Part shown: positions 27,771 to 41,778 of the stretch, one piece after another
Numbering within the stretch: position 1 is the stretch's first letter
How the letters are laid out: the number at the start of each line of letters is the position of its first letter
NCBI GenBank assembly: GCA_951406725.2
Contig: OX597823.1
Span: forward strand, 57,288,001-57,352,000
Source of the DNA: Octopus vulgaris
Lineage: Eukaryota
Direction of reading: 5' to 3'
DNA: 64,000 nucleotides
The notes under the pieces: generated by a model
What the model saw: only the letters and a program-made list of their open reading frames with translations
Told to the model about the DNA's origin: nothing
Database searches by the model: none
Translations under genes and position numbers: made by a program

Positions 27771-28220
27771 CGTGTGTATGTATATATACTTCACCTTCTT
27801 TGAATACAGCTCACTAGCTTCTAACACATCCTTTATTCTCTATCCATGTAGCTATTTGTGTCTGTGTGTCTGCTTGACGAAATCGCCGAACACACTCCAT
27901 TATCGATCACTTCCCAATCAATCGATCAGCTCGGTCGTTCACCCTCCATCAACTCCTACTATCACCGCTGCTGCTACCACTACTGAATCGTCTCACTCAA
28001 AACTTCTCTCTCTTCCTTCCTTCCTTTCTCCTCTCTCTATTCTTCCTTTCTCCTTCACTGCTGCCACCTCCTCTTAACCTATTAGCATTTTATAAACTGT
28101 TAATATTTACTAACTAGTGGGACCTGTGGAAATTTCATAGAACGAAAAAGATTAGAAAGAAAGAATGATTTGCATTTTAATTTTTACTTTGCTAAGTTAT
28201 TTCACTTCCAGTTACGATTA

Positions 28221-28791
28221 TCTAGTATATAAAATCCGTTCTGTCTGTCTGTGTGTGTGTCTTCTAGGATCTCGGGCATCCTCCATCCGATGGCGCTCAA
28301 ATTTGATGTGTAGATACCGACGGTATTAGGGCATGTATAAGTCTTGAAAAAATTAGAAAAATCGATTCCAGGTGAGAATGCAATCAATAAAGCCGTGGGA
28401 ACGTGCATTTGTAAAATCGTTTTTCTTGGAATAGAAAAAAGTCTATCTATATTTCTTCTTTTGCTGGTGTCTTAAATTTAGGTTAAATCAGTGTTTCTCA
28501 AAGGGGAGGCCTATATGGGACGGTCGGACAAGTTGTTTTGAGAAAATTTGGTTTAAATATTTGACAACTCAGCACCGTCCACTGGACGGGGGACGTTTTT
28601 CTCGTATATTATATGATTTTAAAATTTTCCCTTAGCTATGCACTTTCTATTTTCTATTTCTCTCTACCTCTTCAACAAACATTTTAACCTCGTAATTTCC
28701 CTCCTCGTGTCTTTAACATTTCTCTTTCTCTTCACCTCTCACTACCACTAACCACACGAGTGACAGCATAATGCATCGGTGAGCTATCTGG
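28221..28791 (+). mobile_element. Possible Helitron/Helentron-related non-autonomous element
   Basis: TCTAGTATATAAAATCCG..(CTGT)n..TCTCGG..CCGAT..CTCAAATTTG start resembles DINE/HINE-type 5' ends; degenerate 3' end near 28770-28791. Confidence 0.45.
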
Positions 28792-28950
28792 TCTCTCACT
28801 CACTCTCACATTCCCTCTTCTTCTCTCTCTCTCTCTCTCTCACTCCATCTCCTCATCCTCTCTAACAAACTATAATATTAGTCTTCAACGAACAGGCAGA
28901 ATCATATTAGTAATATCAGTAAAAAATTACTTTTCAATATTAACACACCA

Positions 28951-29168
<218 letters not shown>

Positions 29169-29307
29169 CTATGGTTTTCAGCAACAATGCCTATTTAATT
29201 TCAGTTCAGCTGTTTTCTTATATTTACTTTTTCTTGCTGGCGAAGTATCTCTTCTCTGACAATACAGAAGCTATCTGCCTCTCTCTTTCACACACTCTCT
29301 CTCTCTT

Positions 29308-29343
<36 letters not shown>

Positions 29344-29934
29344 TGTTACTGCTTCCCCTGCCTATCTCACTCAGTTTTCCTTTCTCTAACATCATCACCA
29401 GAACATTACCCTCTGCTAAATATTGTATCCTAAACATATCTCTTTCTCTTCACCTTTCCCTCCCCACCCTACCGCACATTGTTAATACTTCTCTCTGCCT
29501 CTTTTCTCTCAACGTCTTTTTTCTCTCGCTCTTCGCCTCTTTCTTCAACTATGCATTATTATTCTCCTCTCTTCTTTCTTCTATTATCACATTCCTCGCC
29601 GTCTCTCACACTTTTACCCTACCTCTCACTCATTCCACCTCCACCTCTCTAACTATCTAAAGTATAACGGGCGAACAAACAATCAGATTATTATGCAGGT
29701 AGATAGTGGGCGAATTAGAAGCTATGATATGCTGAACAAAATATGTCTTATAGTTAGTTAATAACCCACCGAGGTCATCACTAACTTTTATAGAAACAAA
29801 GAACTGGAACCTATATATGTATGGGCATAAGTAGGTAAATATTTGCTCAATATGAGTGGAATCTTCTTTTCGTTTCTCTATTTCTTTTCCAGGATAAGAA
29901 TTTTATGATTAGGAATAACTTTTCTATCATTCCT

Positions 29935-30310
29935 TTACTTGTTTCAGTCACTAGACTGCGGCCATGCTGGGGCACCACTTTGAAGAGTTTTGGTTGAATG
30001 AATAGATCCTGGTTGTTTTATTTTTTAAAAACCTGGGTACTTATTCTATCGGTCTCTTTTGCCGAACCGTTAGGCTACAGGGACGTAAACAAACCAACAC
30101 CGGTTGTCAAACGGTGGTGGGGAACACAGACACAAACACAAAAACACACATACGACGGGGTTTTTTCAGTTTCCTTCTACCAAATCCACTCACAAATCTC
30201 TGGTCCCCCTCGATACTACAGTAGAAGACACTTGCCCAGGATGTCACGTAAGTGGAAGTGAACCCGGAACCATGTGGTTGGGAAGCAAGCTTCTTACCAC
30301 GCAGCTACAT
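29935..30310 (-). mobile_element. Family B SINE
   Basis: Reverse complement of the family B tail, body and head. Confidence 0.85.
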
Positions 30311-31882
30311 TCAAAGAAATATTTTAAAAAAACATAGAATCATAAAATTCTCATACTGAAAAAGAAAAAGAGAAATTAAAAGAACTTTCCACTTATACCG
30401 GTTTGAAATTTTGGTTCAAGGCCTGCAATTTCCGGGGTCAGTCGTTTTTATTCATCCCAGAGCTCAACTGGTACTTATTTCATTAACTCCGAAAGAATGA
30501 AAGGCAAAGGCAACCTCGGCGGACTTTGAACTCAGAGTGTATAGACAGACGAAGTGCCGCTAATCATTTTTGCCCGGTGTCCTAACGTCGTGTATACCAT
30601 TTTCATTTCTTTTTTCAACTCTATGCACAAGGCTCGAAATTTTGGGGGAGGGGACCAGTCGATTAGGTCGACCCTAGTACGCAATTAGTACTTAATTTAT
30701 CGACCCCGAAAGAATGAAAGCAAAGTCTACCTCGGCGGACTTTGAACTCAGAATGTATAGATAGACGATGTGCCACTAACCATTTTTGCCCGGCGTGCTA
30801 TGTATACCTTGTTTTGCCTACATCTATATAATCGTTTATACTGATTCATCGTCAAACCCGGAGGCTTTGTGACTATTCTTTCCTTCTTCTACTTCTTTCA
30901 GTCGTTGAAACGTGGAAATGCTGGTGCGCCGCCACAGGAGACTTTAGCTGAACAAACCGGTAACAGGTTTTACATTTTCTAAGTCTGGAAGTATAGTACT
31001 CGTTTTATCTGTATCTTTTGCCGAATGACTAAGTTACGGGACCGTAAACAACCACTAGAGGCGGGGGTCTACCCCCCCACACACACACATACACACACAT
31101 AAACATACACATGACGGACTTCCTTATAACTGTCGCCCTACAAGTACACTTACAAGACATTGGTAGACCCGGGGCTACTGTAGAAGTCAAGCTGCTGCAC
31201 ATAGGGAGTGGACCTTCAAACTCGTGGTTGCAAAATAAACTTCTTAATCAACAGCCACACCTGAGTCTTTATGTTAGACTATACACATAACCTACTGATG
31301 TAAGTAACGTAGCAGTCAACTAGCGAGACGTTTGCAGATGGTTTCTTGACATGGGGTTATACCTTCTTTCATGGGGTTATACCTTCAAGACGCCCGATGC
31401 TCAAAACTCCTGTAACCAGCGGTAGTTGATCCAATTATGCGCTTTTCTGAAAATCTTGGAATATAGTCGTTGACATCTGACAAAGAACCACCACCATCCA
31501 GTGTATCCCTAATGCAGGGAGTGAGAAAACGAATGTTCAGGATATTCGGAATTGAACGGTCATATTAAGTTTGACTGAAACAATACTGTAACACCTACTG
31601 CAAGAGACGCCCATCATAGTCACATCAGTGCAAAAGTATGTATGTTCCAAATGGTATTACTCGGAATCAAGTGGCAACCATCATCTATCTATCTCGATCC
31701 CTATTGATCGATTTTTTCCTTTTCCTTTTATTTTTACCACCCCCACCTTTTTTTGCTTTCCTCTTTCTTTTCTTTTTACGATCCCTTTTGATCGAAAACC
31801 AACTTTTTTATCCCCAAAAGAAAAGCTCTACCTTGTAATTTGTCCCGTCTGTGTGCAGCCCTGTGTGGCTAATAAAGAAACA

Positions 31883-31968
<86 letters not shown>

Positions 31969-32019
31969 CCTACCTAACTTTATTTCGGTGTGTACGCTCG
32001 CTGGTATTTTATCTTGGGC

Positions 32020-32300
32020 TCGCTCGCAATACAGAAATCGCAAGTGTATCCGAACATCTCCCATGCTGACGACATAACCACTCCATTATAAGTACTGAAA
32101 TACCAGAGACTGTATACTGGTGCATTTATTGCGTTCGTGGACTTCAACATCCTTTACATTTATTCACCATCGAATATTTGGTATAAGATGAAGACACTGT
32201 TGGTAAAATCGCTCAAATATTTTCATATGTCTCAGGTAAACAATCCAAGTTTCACATATACGTATATAGCAACGAAGACAAAACACAAGTATTGTAGACT
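32020..32300 (+). mobile_element. Degraded LINE reverse-transcriptase fragment (RTE/CR1-like)
   Basis: ASVSEHLPC*R.. then LYTGAFIAFVDFNILYIYSPSNIWYKM, resembling the RSCxDH..LR and (Y/F)IAFVDFxKAFD..WYK segments of non-LTR RT. Confidence 0.5.
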
Positions 32301-32335
32301 GATCCAAAGGAGCGTTTTCCTTTCTCTCTCTTTAT

Positions 32336-32370
<35 letters not shown>

Positions 32371-33173
32371 ATGCAGATTGTCTCGACTATAAATGTCTAG
32401 GTTATTTGCCAACGAGAGATAATGATAAGACAAATCGTCGTGCTGATAACAGCTATTTAGCTACAGGTATTTGTCTACATCTGTCCTTTTATCTCCAGAC
32501 AATAAGCCTGGTCCTTAATGATGCGCTTTTCTGAAAACCTTGAATATAATCGTTGACATCTGACGGAGAACCACCACCATCCAGTGTATTCCTAATGCAG
32601 TGAGTGAGGAAAAGAATGGAACTCAGAGCGTATAGACAGACGAAGTGCCGCTAATCATTTTTGCCCGGTGTCCTAAGGTCGTGTATACCATTTTCCTTTT
32701 TTTCTTTCAACTCTATGCACAAGGCCCGAAATGTTTGGGGAGGGGATCAGTCGATTAGATCGACCCTAGTACGCAACTAGTACTTAACTTATCGTCCCCG
32801 AAAGAATGAAAACAAAGTCGACCTCGGCGGACTTTGAACTCAGAACGTATAGAGGAAGTGTCAGACAGATTCACACACACACGCGCAAACACACACACAT
32901 ATGCATATATGTATTTAGTGTGAACTGTATTTTCAAAGCTTCCGCCTGCTAGCCTTCGGCAACCTCTGACACGTTATTTTGTCCACAAGGAATTTAGACT
33001 TCATCGTACTATCCAATGAAGACCAAATTTCGAAGTCCCGGTCAAAACTATTCTTGTATAGGAATAATATGTACTCTACAAAAAGAAAAGTATTGAGTAA
33101 TCCTTTAGTTTATGTAAAATTGTTTTTATCTTAACTCGTCTTAAAAATATATATATACATGCATGCATACATA

Positions 33174-33215
<42 letters not shown>

Positions 33216-33282
33216 TATATATATATATTTGTGTGTGTATGTGTATATACATATAAATTGATAAATATATATATATACTGGG

Positions 33283-33326
<44 letters not shown>

Positions 33327-33479
33327 GGGTGTGTGTCACACACGCATATATATTCTCATATATATTTATACTCATAAATGTATGTATACGATAATGTATG
33401 TATATGTATATATATGTGTGTATTCATTTCAATGTATTTACTTCATGCCCTCTCTCTAGAAATCATATTAACTGTGATC

Positions 33480-33800
33480 ATTTTTCTTTCATAACCTTAA
33501 ATTTGGATTCTCCACTTTTAGACATGAATTCACTACATTCCCTTGCGTTAACCTAACTGGTGTTCTCTTTAGCTATCACGACAATATTGTAGTAATAAGT
33601 GTTGTGGAACAGTCCTTCTTCTGCCAATCATCATCATCTTTTGCTCATCATCTTCTTAAGATTGTATCTGTAATCAATAGCATCTAACTTTGTCACATTG
33701 TAATCAGCTGATTTTGACTGAGAAATGCATTAAGAGTATCCGCGTCTGCGGAATACTCATCCATATAGACATTATTTTGGCTACTAGGAATTCAGATAGT
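33480..33800 (-). mobile_element. Possible degraded LINE RT fragment
   Basis: Minus strand YYYNIVVIAKE...ESKFKVMK resembles the YADDIVLIA...SKTKVM region. Confidence 0.3.
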
Positions 33801-34975
33801 CGGACAGCTAAGTGCTCAGCATCGAGATCGACGCAGGGTCTTCTTGTTACTACTTGCATTCTGTCGGTTATGACGACGAGTCTTCTAGTTAATCCAATGA
33901 ACAGAACAGCCTGCCCCTGAAATTAACGGGGAAGGGGCTGAGCCAACCACAGACAGGCGTACTCTTTACAGAATGGGACAACACTGGCCCTTTGAAATAT
34001 AGGTACTGCTCACTTTTGCCAGCTGAGTTGACTGGTGCAACGTAAATTAAAGTGTCTTGTTTAAGGACACGATGCGTCATCGGGAATCGAACATCATGAA
34101 CTTTACGATAGTCAGTTTTGATAACTTCAAGACTAAACCACGCTCCTTCAAAATTCACCTGTTATACAAATTGACTATCACAGGAAAAGAATGGAACTTT
34201 GCTATATGATGTTCGTCATTTATGCCCCTGAAGATAACTAGATTAGCAGCTTTACCCTTTATGGGTCTTTACGGTTTAAGGTCAATATTGGCTTCAAATT
34301 TTCGGGGTAGGGTGTAAGTCGATTACATCAACCCCAGTACTCAACTGGTACTTATATTATTGAAGTCGATACAAAGAAAGGCAAAGTCGCGCTCGGTGGA
34401 ACGTAAAGCCGGACGAAAAGCAGCTAAGCATTTTGCTCGGCGTGCTAAAAATTCTGCTAGCTGGCCACCTTAATAATGGCCAATAGTAACGTAGAAATCA
34501 ACTTTTAAAGTGGAGGCACGTAATAGTAGAATCAGGGCCTCCTTAGTTTCTCTGATCACTTCTGATTCTAAGAGATGTACTTTTGAGTACACAACACTGC
34601 GGCTCAGTGAGTGATTTTGTTTCAAATTACACACAGAGAAAACAAATCACATTTCACTATTTTTCTATAAATGTACAAAGAAAGATATCAAATGTTTCAA
34701 AAATATTTTAATCCTTATTTCGGTATTTTTCTCGTATATCAAAGTTTAGGGAAGGCAGGTTGGGCTATGTAGTTTATACATTCATACAGATAGATATGCA
34801 TACATACACACATTACACACACATAATTACACACATATACATACACACACACATACATATATATCCTGTTAAATATGACGTTAACCTGAAACGTACGTAT
34901 TAAATGATTTCAAAATAGTGCCATTTGGTTTGACTTCATTCTCTCTCTTTCTCTCGCTCTTTCTCTCTCTCTCTG

Positions 34976-35018
<43 letters not shown>

Positions 35019-35173
35019 CTAGTTTTCTCTATATATAACATTTTGAAAGACACTTTTATTTGAAGAATTTAGCGGAGATAGGTTTTCAATATGATAAACT
35101 GCGATTAAGTTGGTAAAAATGAATTATGAAGAAACCAAATTGATAGTAGACCAAACAATATATATATTTATAA

Positions 35174-35298
<125 letters not shown>

Positions 35299-36712
35299 AC
35301 ATACATACACACATACATGCATATATACATGTGTGTGAGTGTGAATAAATAAAGTAACGGTAGAAAATACAATGGATTGTGGTAGGCATCCAGGAATTCT
35401 ATATATCTGGAGTAAATAATACCCATTACCTGGGGTTATTGGATCCAATTTTGGCACAAAACTAGTAATTTCTGGGAGAAAGCAAGTCCGTTATATCGAT
35501 CACAGTGCTCAACAGGTACTTAATATTTCGCCTCTGAAATACTGAAAGGGAAAGTCGATTTCAGCGGAATTTGAACTCAGAAAGTAAAGATGGACGAAAT
35601 GTTAATACGCATTTTCCCCGGCGTGCTATTTGGCTCCTCTGTAACAAACGATGGCAAGAGGAATGGAAGTGGGAGTAGGGGGATGGCGAGTAAGTGTCAC
35701 GTGCTTTAATATCAGCTGATATATTGTTGAAACATTAAATTTTTCGATTATCGAATATAAGAAAGAAAACACAAAAAATAACATCGCTAAACATTTTATT
35801 CTTCATTCACAATTTGGTTTTCATTCTCAGCTAAAAGGAATTATTTGTTTGGTTACTAACAACACCCACTCCAAGTACTATTTATAAAGATTTACCGTAT
35901 AATTGGTTAGACGAATGCAACTTAATGTAGCTTTCATTTTTTTTTTCCTTTTACCTATTTCAGTCATTAGACTGTGGCCATTCTGGGGCACCGCCTTCAA
36001 GAATTTTCGGACGAATGAATCGACCCCCAGAACTTCTTTTTTCTTTTTCAGCATGGTATTTATTCTATCGGCCACTTTTGCCGAACCGCTAGCTAACGAG
36101 GATGTTAACACACACACACATACACACGATGGGTTTCTTTCAATTTCCATCTTACAAATTCATTCAAATGTCTTGTGGAAGGTGCTGTGTCATGCGACAG
36201 AACCTGGAACCACGTGTTTGGGTAAACAAGATTCGAGTAAAGTTGTTTTCCCAACCAATTGCTTTGCGAAAGTACAAAATGGAAGAAAAACTGAACAGCA
36301 AAAGCAACGAAGATGAGTAAAAAAAGAATAAAACGGCAAACAGAACAGTATATTTGGTAAATGTTAGACAATAATCATCGTTTGAACACCATATTTGCTG
36401 ATTATTCATTGTGCAAAAATGCACTTCTCAACTTCCCTAGAAGGATAGAGTAAGTCCAGCAAACCAGGACCAGTACACATGTCGGTTTTTCTAAAACCTG
36501 ATGCTTATCTTATCGGACTCCTTTGCTGTACCACTAAGTTATGAGGAAGTAAACAAACCTACCCCGGTTACAAGCGGCCGTGGTGGTAGGTAAACACTAA
36601 CATGCATACACATGCACATGTATATTTACACATACATACACATGTACATATATATAGAGATGCAAATGTATGTATATGTATGTGTTTGTGTGTGTGTAAG
36701 TATATACTTATG

Positions 36713-36743
<31 letters not shown>

Positions 36744-37119
36744 TCAACGGTTTTCTTCAGTTTCTCTCAAGCAAATTCACTCCAAAGCCTTGATTCGCTC
36801 AGGTTTATAAATAAATAGAAGACACATACCCAATGTGTCGCGCAGTGAGTCCGAACATAAGACCGTATGATGAAGAAGCTAGCCTCTTAATTACACAGCT
36901 ACGCCTATGTATAGCTATACTATATAGACCAAACTGGTCGTCCTGTTTAACACCAACTTTTGGCACATTCAGTACATTTAGCGGAGTATCCTTTGTTGCA
37001 AACTGTTGATATTGATCAGGTCTGCGATGGGTGATGAACATTGCCTTCGACCCCTGGATAAATGGTAAGAACATACATTAGTAGATTAACTTTGTTGAAT
37101 GTTTAACCGAGAGACACTT

Positions 37120-37300
37120 AAGGTTCTATATCGGAGAGATGAGGAATTATGTACATTATTTACATTATTTAAATTTGACAGATATTCGTCCTCATCTTGT
37201 TTGTTGTTAACACAACGTTTCGGCTGATATACTCTGCAGCATTCTTCAGTTGTCTTGGGAAATTTCGAACCTGGGTTCTCATTCCTAAGGTATTTTTCGA

Positions 37301-37365
<65 letters not shown>

Positions 37366-37456
37366 ACACTGCTGGAATCGAACTCGGAATCTTGGCGTAG
37401 TGGTTAAGAGCGTGGGCTACAAACCCCAAGATTCCGAGTTCGCTTCCAGGTAGTGT

Positions 37457-37519
<63 letters not shown>

Positions 37520-37672
37520 CAACAACAACAACATCGAAAAATACCTTAGGAATGAGAACCCAGGTTCGAAATTTCCCCAGAACACCCGAAGAAGGCTGGA
37601 GAGTATATCAGCCAAAACATTGTGTTAATTAACAAACAAAATGAGGACAAATATCCGTCAAATGTAAATAAT
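37120..37672. mobile_element. Fold-back element: tRNA-like head + (AAT)n + Penelope-type hammerhead tail, inverted-duplicated, 11-bp TSD
   Basis: Inverted arms ~37163-37395 / 37426-37673; A-box TGGCGTAGTGG at 37393-37403 and B-box GTTCGCTTCC at 37438-37447; hammerhead motifs at 37209-37254 (-) and 37581-37626 (+); GAGAGACACTT at 37109-37119 and 37673-37683. Confidence 0.85.
37209..37254 (-). ncRNA. Minimal type I hammerhead ribozyme motif (slightly degenerate)
   Basis: GACAA CTGAAGA ATGCTG..CAGCC GAAAC GT T GTGTT: intact core, palindromic AACGTT helix III, one mismatch each at the base of stems I and II. Confidence 0.7.
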
Positions 37673-38233
37673 GAGAGACACTTGTTTCATAGAAATAGCA
37701 ATATTTTTTGAGAATACTGTAATATTCGAAAGATCTGGTATTTCTCACCTGCACAATCTTCTTTACAAACAAACATGATGTTACCTTCATTTAATATGAC
37801 AGCCATTTCAAATGAGACATTTGTAAATTGTTCAATAGTAGTAATATATGCTTGTGCAATACATATACAATTCTCTATGTATCAACAGATATCTAGAAAT
37901 AAGCAAGTGTAATGCGATCGGGATGTATTTTAATCAAAAGATAATCTTTTTTTTTTCTTGTCACAATGCTCCTCCGAAATGTTCCAATCCAGATATATTC
38001 ATAAATAGTAGGGTTCGATTTAAGATTTTTTTTCGAATGGTTTTACAGCAGGTTCCAATAAAATTCTAGATATACATACTTCAATCACTGCACACACACA
38101 CGCACGCAGACACACGCACACATATACACACGTACACACAATAGATATATATATATGTGTGTTTGTGTATTTATATATATATAAGAAAAAGATATGTCAC
38201 AGGAAAAACAATGGTAGTGTTATGAACTTCATT

Positions 38234-38314
38234 AGCTTACAGCTGTTTCTGCTACAAGATATAGTGCACTGTTAGGTGAGTGCCTAAATACTAACCTACA
38301 GCTTCATCGGAGCC
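38234..38314 (-). ncRNA. Type I hammerhead motif with long stem II (core CCGATGA)
   Basis: GGCT CCGATGA A GCTGTAGG..CTTGTAGC A GAAAC AGCT GTA AGCT; palindromic helix III ACAGCTGT, GUA cleavage triplet. Confidence 0.65.
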
Positions 38315-38410
38315 ACGAATATGAAGTGCAATTTATTTGGGAAAAGAGAACTACAATTTTGAGTTCTACACCACGTTATTAATCTCGCAGGGCTTAAGTG
38401 ATATATATAA

Positions 38411-38469
<59 letters not shown>

Positions 38470-38578
38470 TAGAAATAGCAGTATATTTTGAGAATATTTT
38501 TTCAAAATGTGACCTCGTGTGTACCGTTGGCGATTTTTTCCCTCTGTCTTTCCTTCTCTGGATCTCTCCTTCTCCCAT

Positions 38579-38613
38579 GTTTCCGACGAAGAGCTCCACT
38601 CGAAACGTTAAAC
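38579..38613 (+). ncRNA. Minimal type I hammerhead motif (core CCGACGA) in a Penelope-like fragment (~38500-38710)
   Basis: GTTT CCGACGA A GAGCTCCACTC GAAAC GT T AAAC: stem I GTTT/AAAC, stem II GAG/CTC, palindromic AACGTT. Confidence 0.65.
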
Positions 38614-38705
38614 CCTCCTTCTTTCCTTCTTTCCTGAGCGTCCAATAATACTATATTTGTTCCACGTCCTTGCGTTGTTGTTTTTTTGTGCTTTCGTGTT
38701 TGGAT

Positions 38706-38743
<38 letters not shown>

Positions 38744-38917
38744 AAATAAGAAAATGGAGAAATACATTTTACCTTTGCCCATATAATACAGTAAATGAAT
38801 TGATTGCATCGCAATCATTAACATTTACGTATTAACTTTGTTGAGTACTTCACTAGCAGTATATTGGATATATGTTATCCCATGGAGGGTTGCATTTACA
38901 ACCCCTGTCTCAATTTG

Positions 38918-38979
<62 letters not shown>

Positions 38980-39352
38980 TATATGTATATACATATATGC
39001 ATATATGCGTTTGACATGGCATTCCATCGGTTACTACGAAGTGGGTTCCTGTTGATTCAATCAACGGAGCAGCCTGTTCGTGAAATTAATGTGCAAGTGG
39101 CAGAGTACTCCAGGGATACGCGTACCCTTTACTTAGTCCTCAAGGAGGTTAAGTATGACACAGAATGTGACATGGTTGGCACATTGAATTACAGGTACAA
39201 CTGATTTTTGTCAGCGCAGTGGACTGTGGGTAGGGGATTTTTGGCCTGCTCACCTAGCCAACATATATATGTGTGCGTGTGACTCTGTGTGTGTGTGTGT
39301 GTGTGTGTGTGCATACAGAGAAAGAGAGGGGGAGAGAGAGACGGACTTCTCT

Positions 39353-39406
<54 letters not shown>

Positions 39407-39547
39407 TATTTCTTTTCATTAAAACTGAAACTCCAGTCATCTTACAAACTCTCAGCTAAAGTTTTAATGAAAGAACCATATCCTGTATAACATTTATTTC
39501 GCATTTCTTTATCCTTCCGTCGACGTTAAACATGTATGTATGTGGAT

Positions 39548-39900
39548 GTGTGGTAAGTAGATTGCTTGTGAATCACATGGTTCCGGGTTCAGTCCTACTG
39601 CGAGACACCTTGGACAGCCGACCAAAACCTTGTGAGTGGTTTTAGTAGACGGAAACTGAAAAAAGCCCGTCGTATATACGCATATATATGTATATGTGTG
39701 TATATGTTTGTACCCCAACATCGCTTGACAACAGATGGTGGTGTGTTTACGCCCCCGTAACTTAGCGGTTCGGGAAAAGAGACCGATAGAATAAGTACTA
39801 GGCTTACGAAAAATAAGTCCTGGGGTCGAATTGCTCGACTAAAGGCGGTGCTCCCGCATAGCCACAGTCAAATGACTGAAAGAAGTAAAAGAGCAAAAGA
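39548..39900 (+). mobile_element. Family B SINE
   Basis: Head GGTTCCGGGTTCAGTCC, body and GGCGGTGCTCC..CAGTCAAATGACTGAAA tail. Confidence 0.85.
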
Positions 39901-40502
39901 GTGTGTATGTATGTATGTATGTATGTATGTATGTATGTATGTATGTATGTATGTATGTATGTATATATGTATGCATATTTGTATGTATGTAGGTACGTAT
40001 GTAGGTACGCATACGTGGATGTTTGCTTAAATATATGTATATATGTATGTGTGTATGTATGTATCTGTATTTCGAAATGTTTCCCCCTATTTGCTTATTC
40101 AATTGTCTGTCCATCTGTTTATTTATGTTTGACTTCATACATAATTATCTCTTAGATACCTAATAAGCCTCTATCACTCTATTGGTCAGTTTATTTAAAT
40201 ATCTGTATGGCTATCCGTCTGCATATCGGAGTGTAAGTGTCTTGTTATCTATTATTTGTCCTTATATGTACATCAGTGTGTGTTTGTGTGTGTGCGGGGT
40301 GAGTGAGCGTGTATGTATGCTTATGTATATATGTTCCTTTGGATACTTTTAAGAACACAGTATATACAAGCCACAAACCACTAGAGAGAAAATTAATCTC
40401 ACATATATACAGAGGTTCATGTGTCTATCTATCTATTTACACGCATACACATACATAGACATACATACATGTACACTTACATACACATGTATTCATATTA
40501 TG

Positions 40503-40566
<64 letters not shown>

Positions 40567-40684
40567 CACACACACACACAATTATATGGAGATAGATAGA
40601 ATGCTTATAAAGAAATTGGTAGAATGTAAGAGAAAATGAGCTTTTAGTGTCTGCATACATACAAATTATAATAAAATAAATGCC

Positions 40685-40927
40685 CCCTTTTAAAGCCTAG
40701 CCAGGCTCATGGGTCCGGTACCCCGGTTTGTATGGCGTATATGTTCCTCAGCTGGACGGGACGCCAGTCCATCGCAGCGTTGCTCATTTTTTCCAGCTGA
40801 GTGGACTGGAACAATGTGAAATGACGTGTTTTGCTCAAGAACACAACGCCTCGCCTGGTCCAGGAATCGAAATCACAATCTTACGAGCATGATGCTGACA
40901 CCCTAGCCACCAAGCCACGCGCCTCCA
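40685..40927 (-). mobile_element. Family C SINE with V-domain-like segment
   Basis: Minus strand tRNA-like head, GTGTTCTTGAGCAAAAC..CCAGTCCACTCAGCTGG, then GCGATGGACTGGCGTCCCGTCCAG. Related copies at 33870-34150, 47690-47930, 48690-48930 and 62478-62772. Confidence 0.8.
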
Positions 40928-40975
40928 CATATATACAAATATACATGCATAAAAACATATATGTGAAAATATATG

Positions 40976-41032
<57 letters not shown>

Positions 41033-41054
41033 ATGCATATATCTATATCTATGT

Positions 41055-41096
<42 letters not shown>

Positions 41097-41698
41097 ATAT
41101 AGAGGGAGATAGAGCGAGAGAGAGACAGATAAACAGTAGGAGAGAAAGAAGGAGCGAGAGACAGAGAGAAGCTCTGGTAGACAGACAAACTGAGAGACGG
41201 AGAATCGGTAGATGAAAAAAAAAAGATATTCTACTCTTATATAATTTCAGATGTAGACAGAAAAGAGAAAAACGGGTATGGAAATATAAGGAGATATATA
41301 TATGAATACATTAATGAGAAATAAAAAACAGAAATGGCCATAAATTAGAAATTTATTTATAAGAACAGAGAGAGGGAGAGAGAGAGAGTGTGAGAGAGGC
41401 AGTCAGAGAAGAAGAGAGAAGGAAGGAGAAAGAGATGGAGGGAGAGAATGTAAGGGAAAGAAACCTGGAGGAAGAATGCCAAAGAGAGAGTGTCGAAACA
41501 TTTGCTTAAAGCATGGCCAACCAATCATAATACCCGGTTGTTTTAACCGGATAGATAACGTCTTTCTCACTTCTCGACGTTCTTTCTTTATATCTCTGTA
41601 CAACCCATCAACATGGTACCCACCTACAATCTATAGCTGTCTGCCTGCATGCCTGCCTATCTGCCAGTCATTATTACATAAGTGTGTAAGATATACAC

Positions 41699-41778
<80 letters not shown>

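Noticed and set aside
33015-33065. Hammerhead-like CCAATGA AGACC..GGTC AAAAC
   Set aside because: Three core positions differ and stem I does not close in register.
37020-37064. 45-nt candidate exon (CAG|..AATG|GTAAGA; LRWVMNIAFDPWIN in one frame)
   Set aside because: Poor polypyrimidine tract and no recognisable homology; cannot be supported without RNA data.
37393-37450. Functional tRNA gene (also the SINE heads at ~10200-10278 and 61250-61323)
   Set aside because: A and B boxes are present but there is no complete cloverleaf or acceptor stem; these are tRNA-derived heads.
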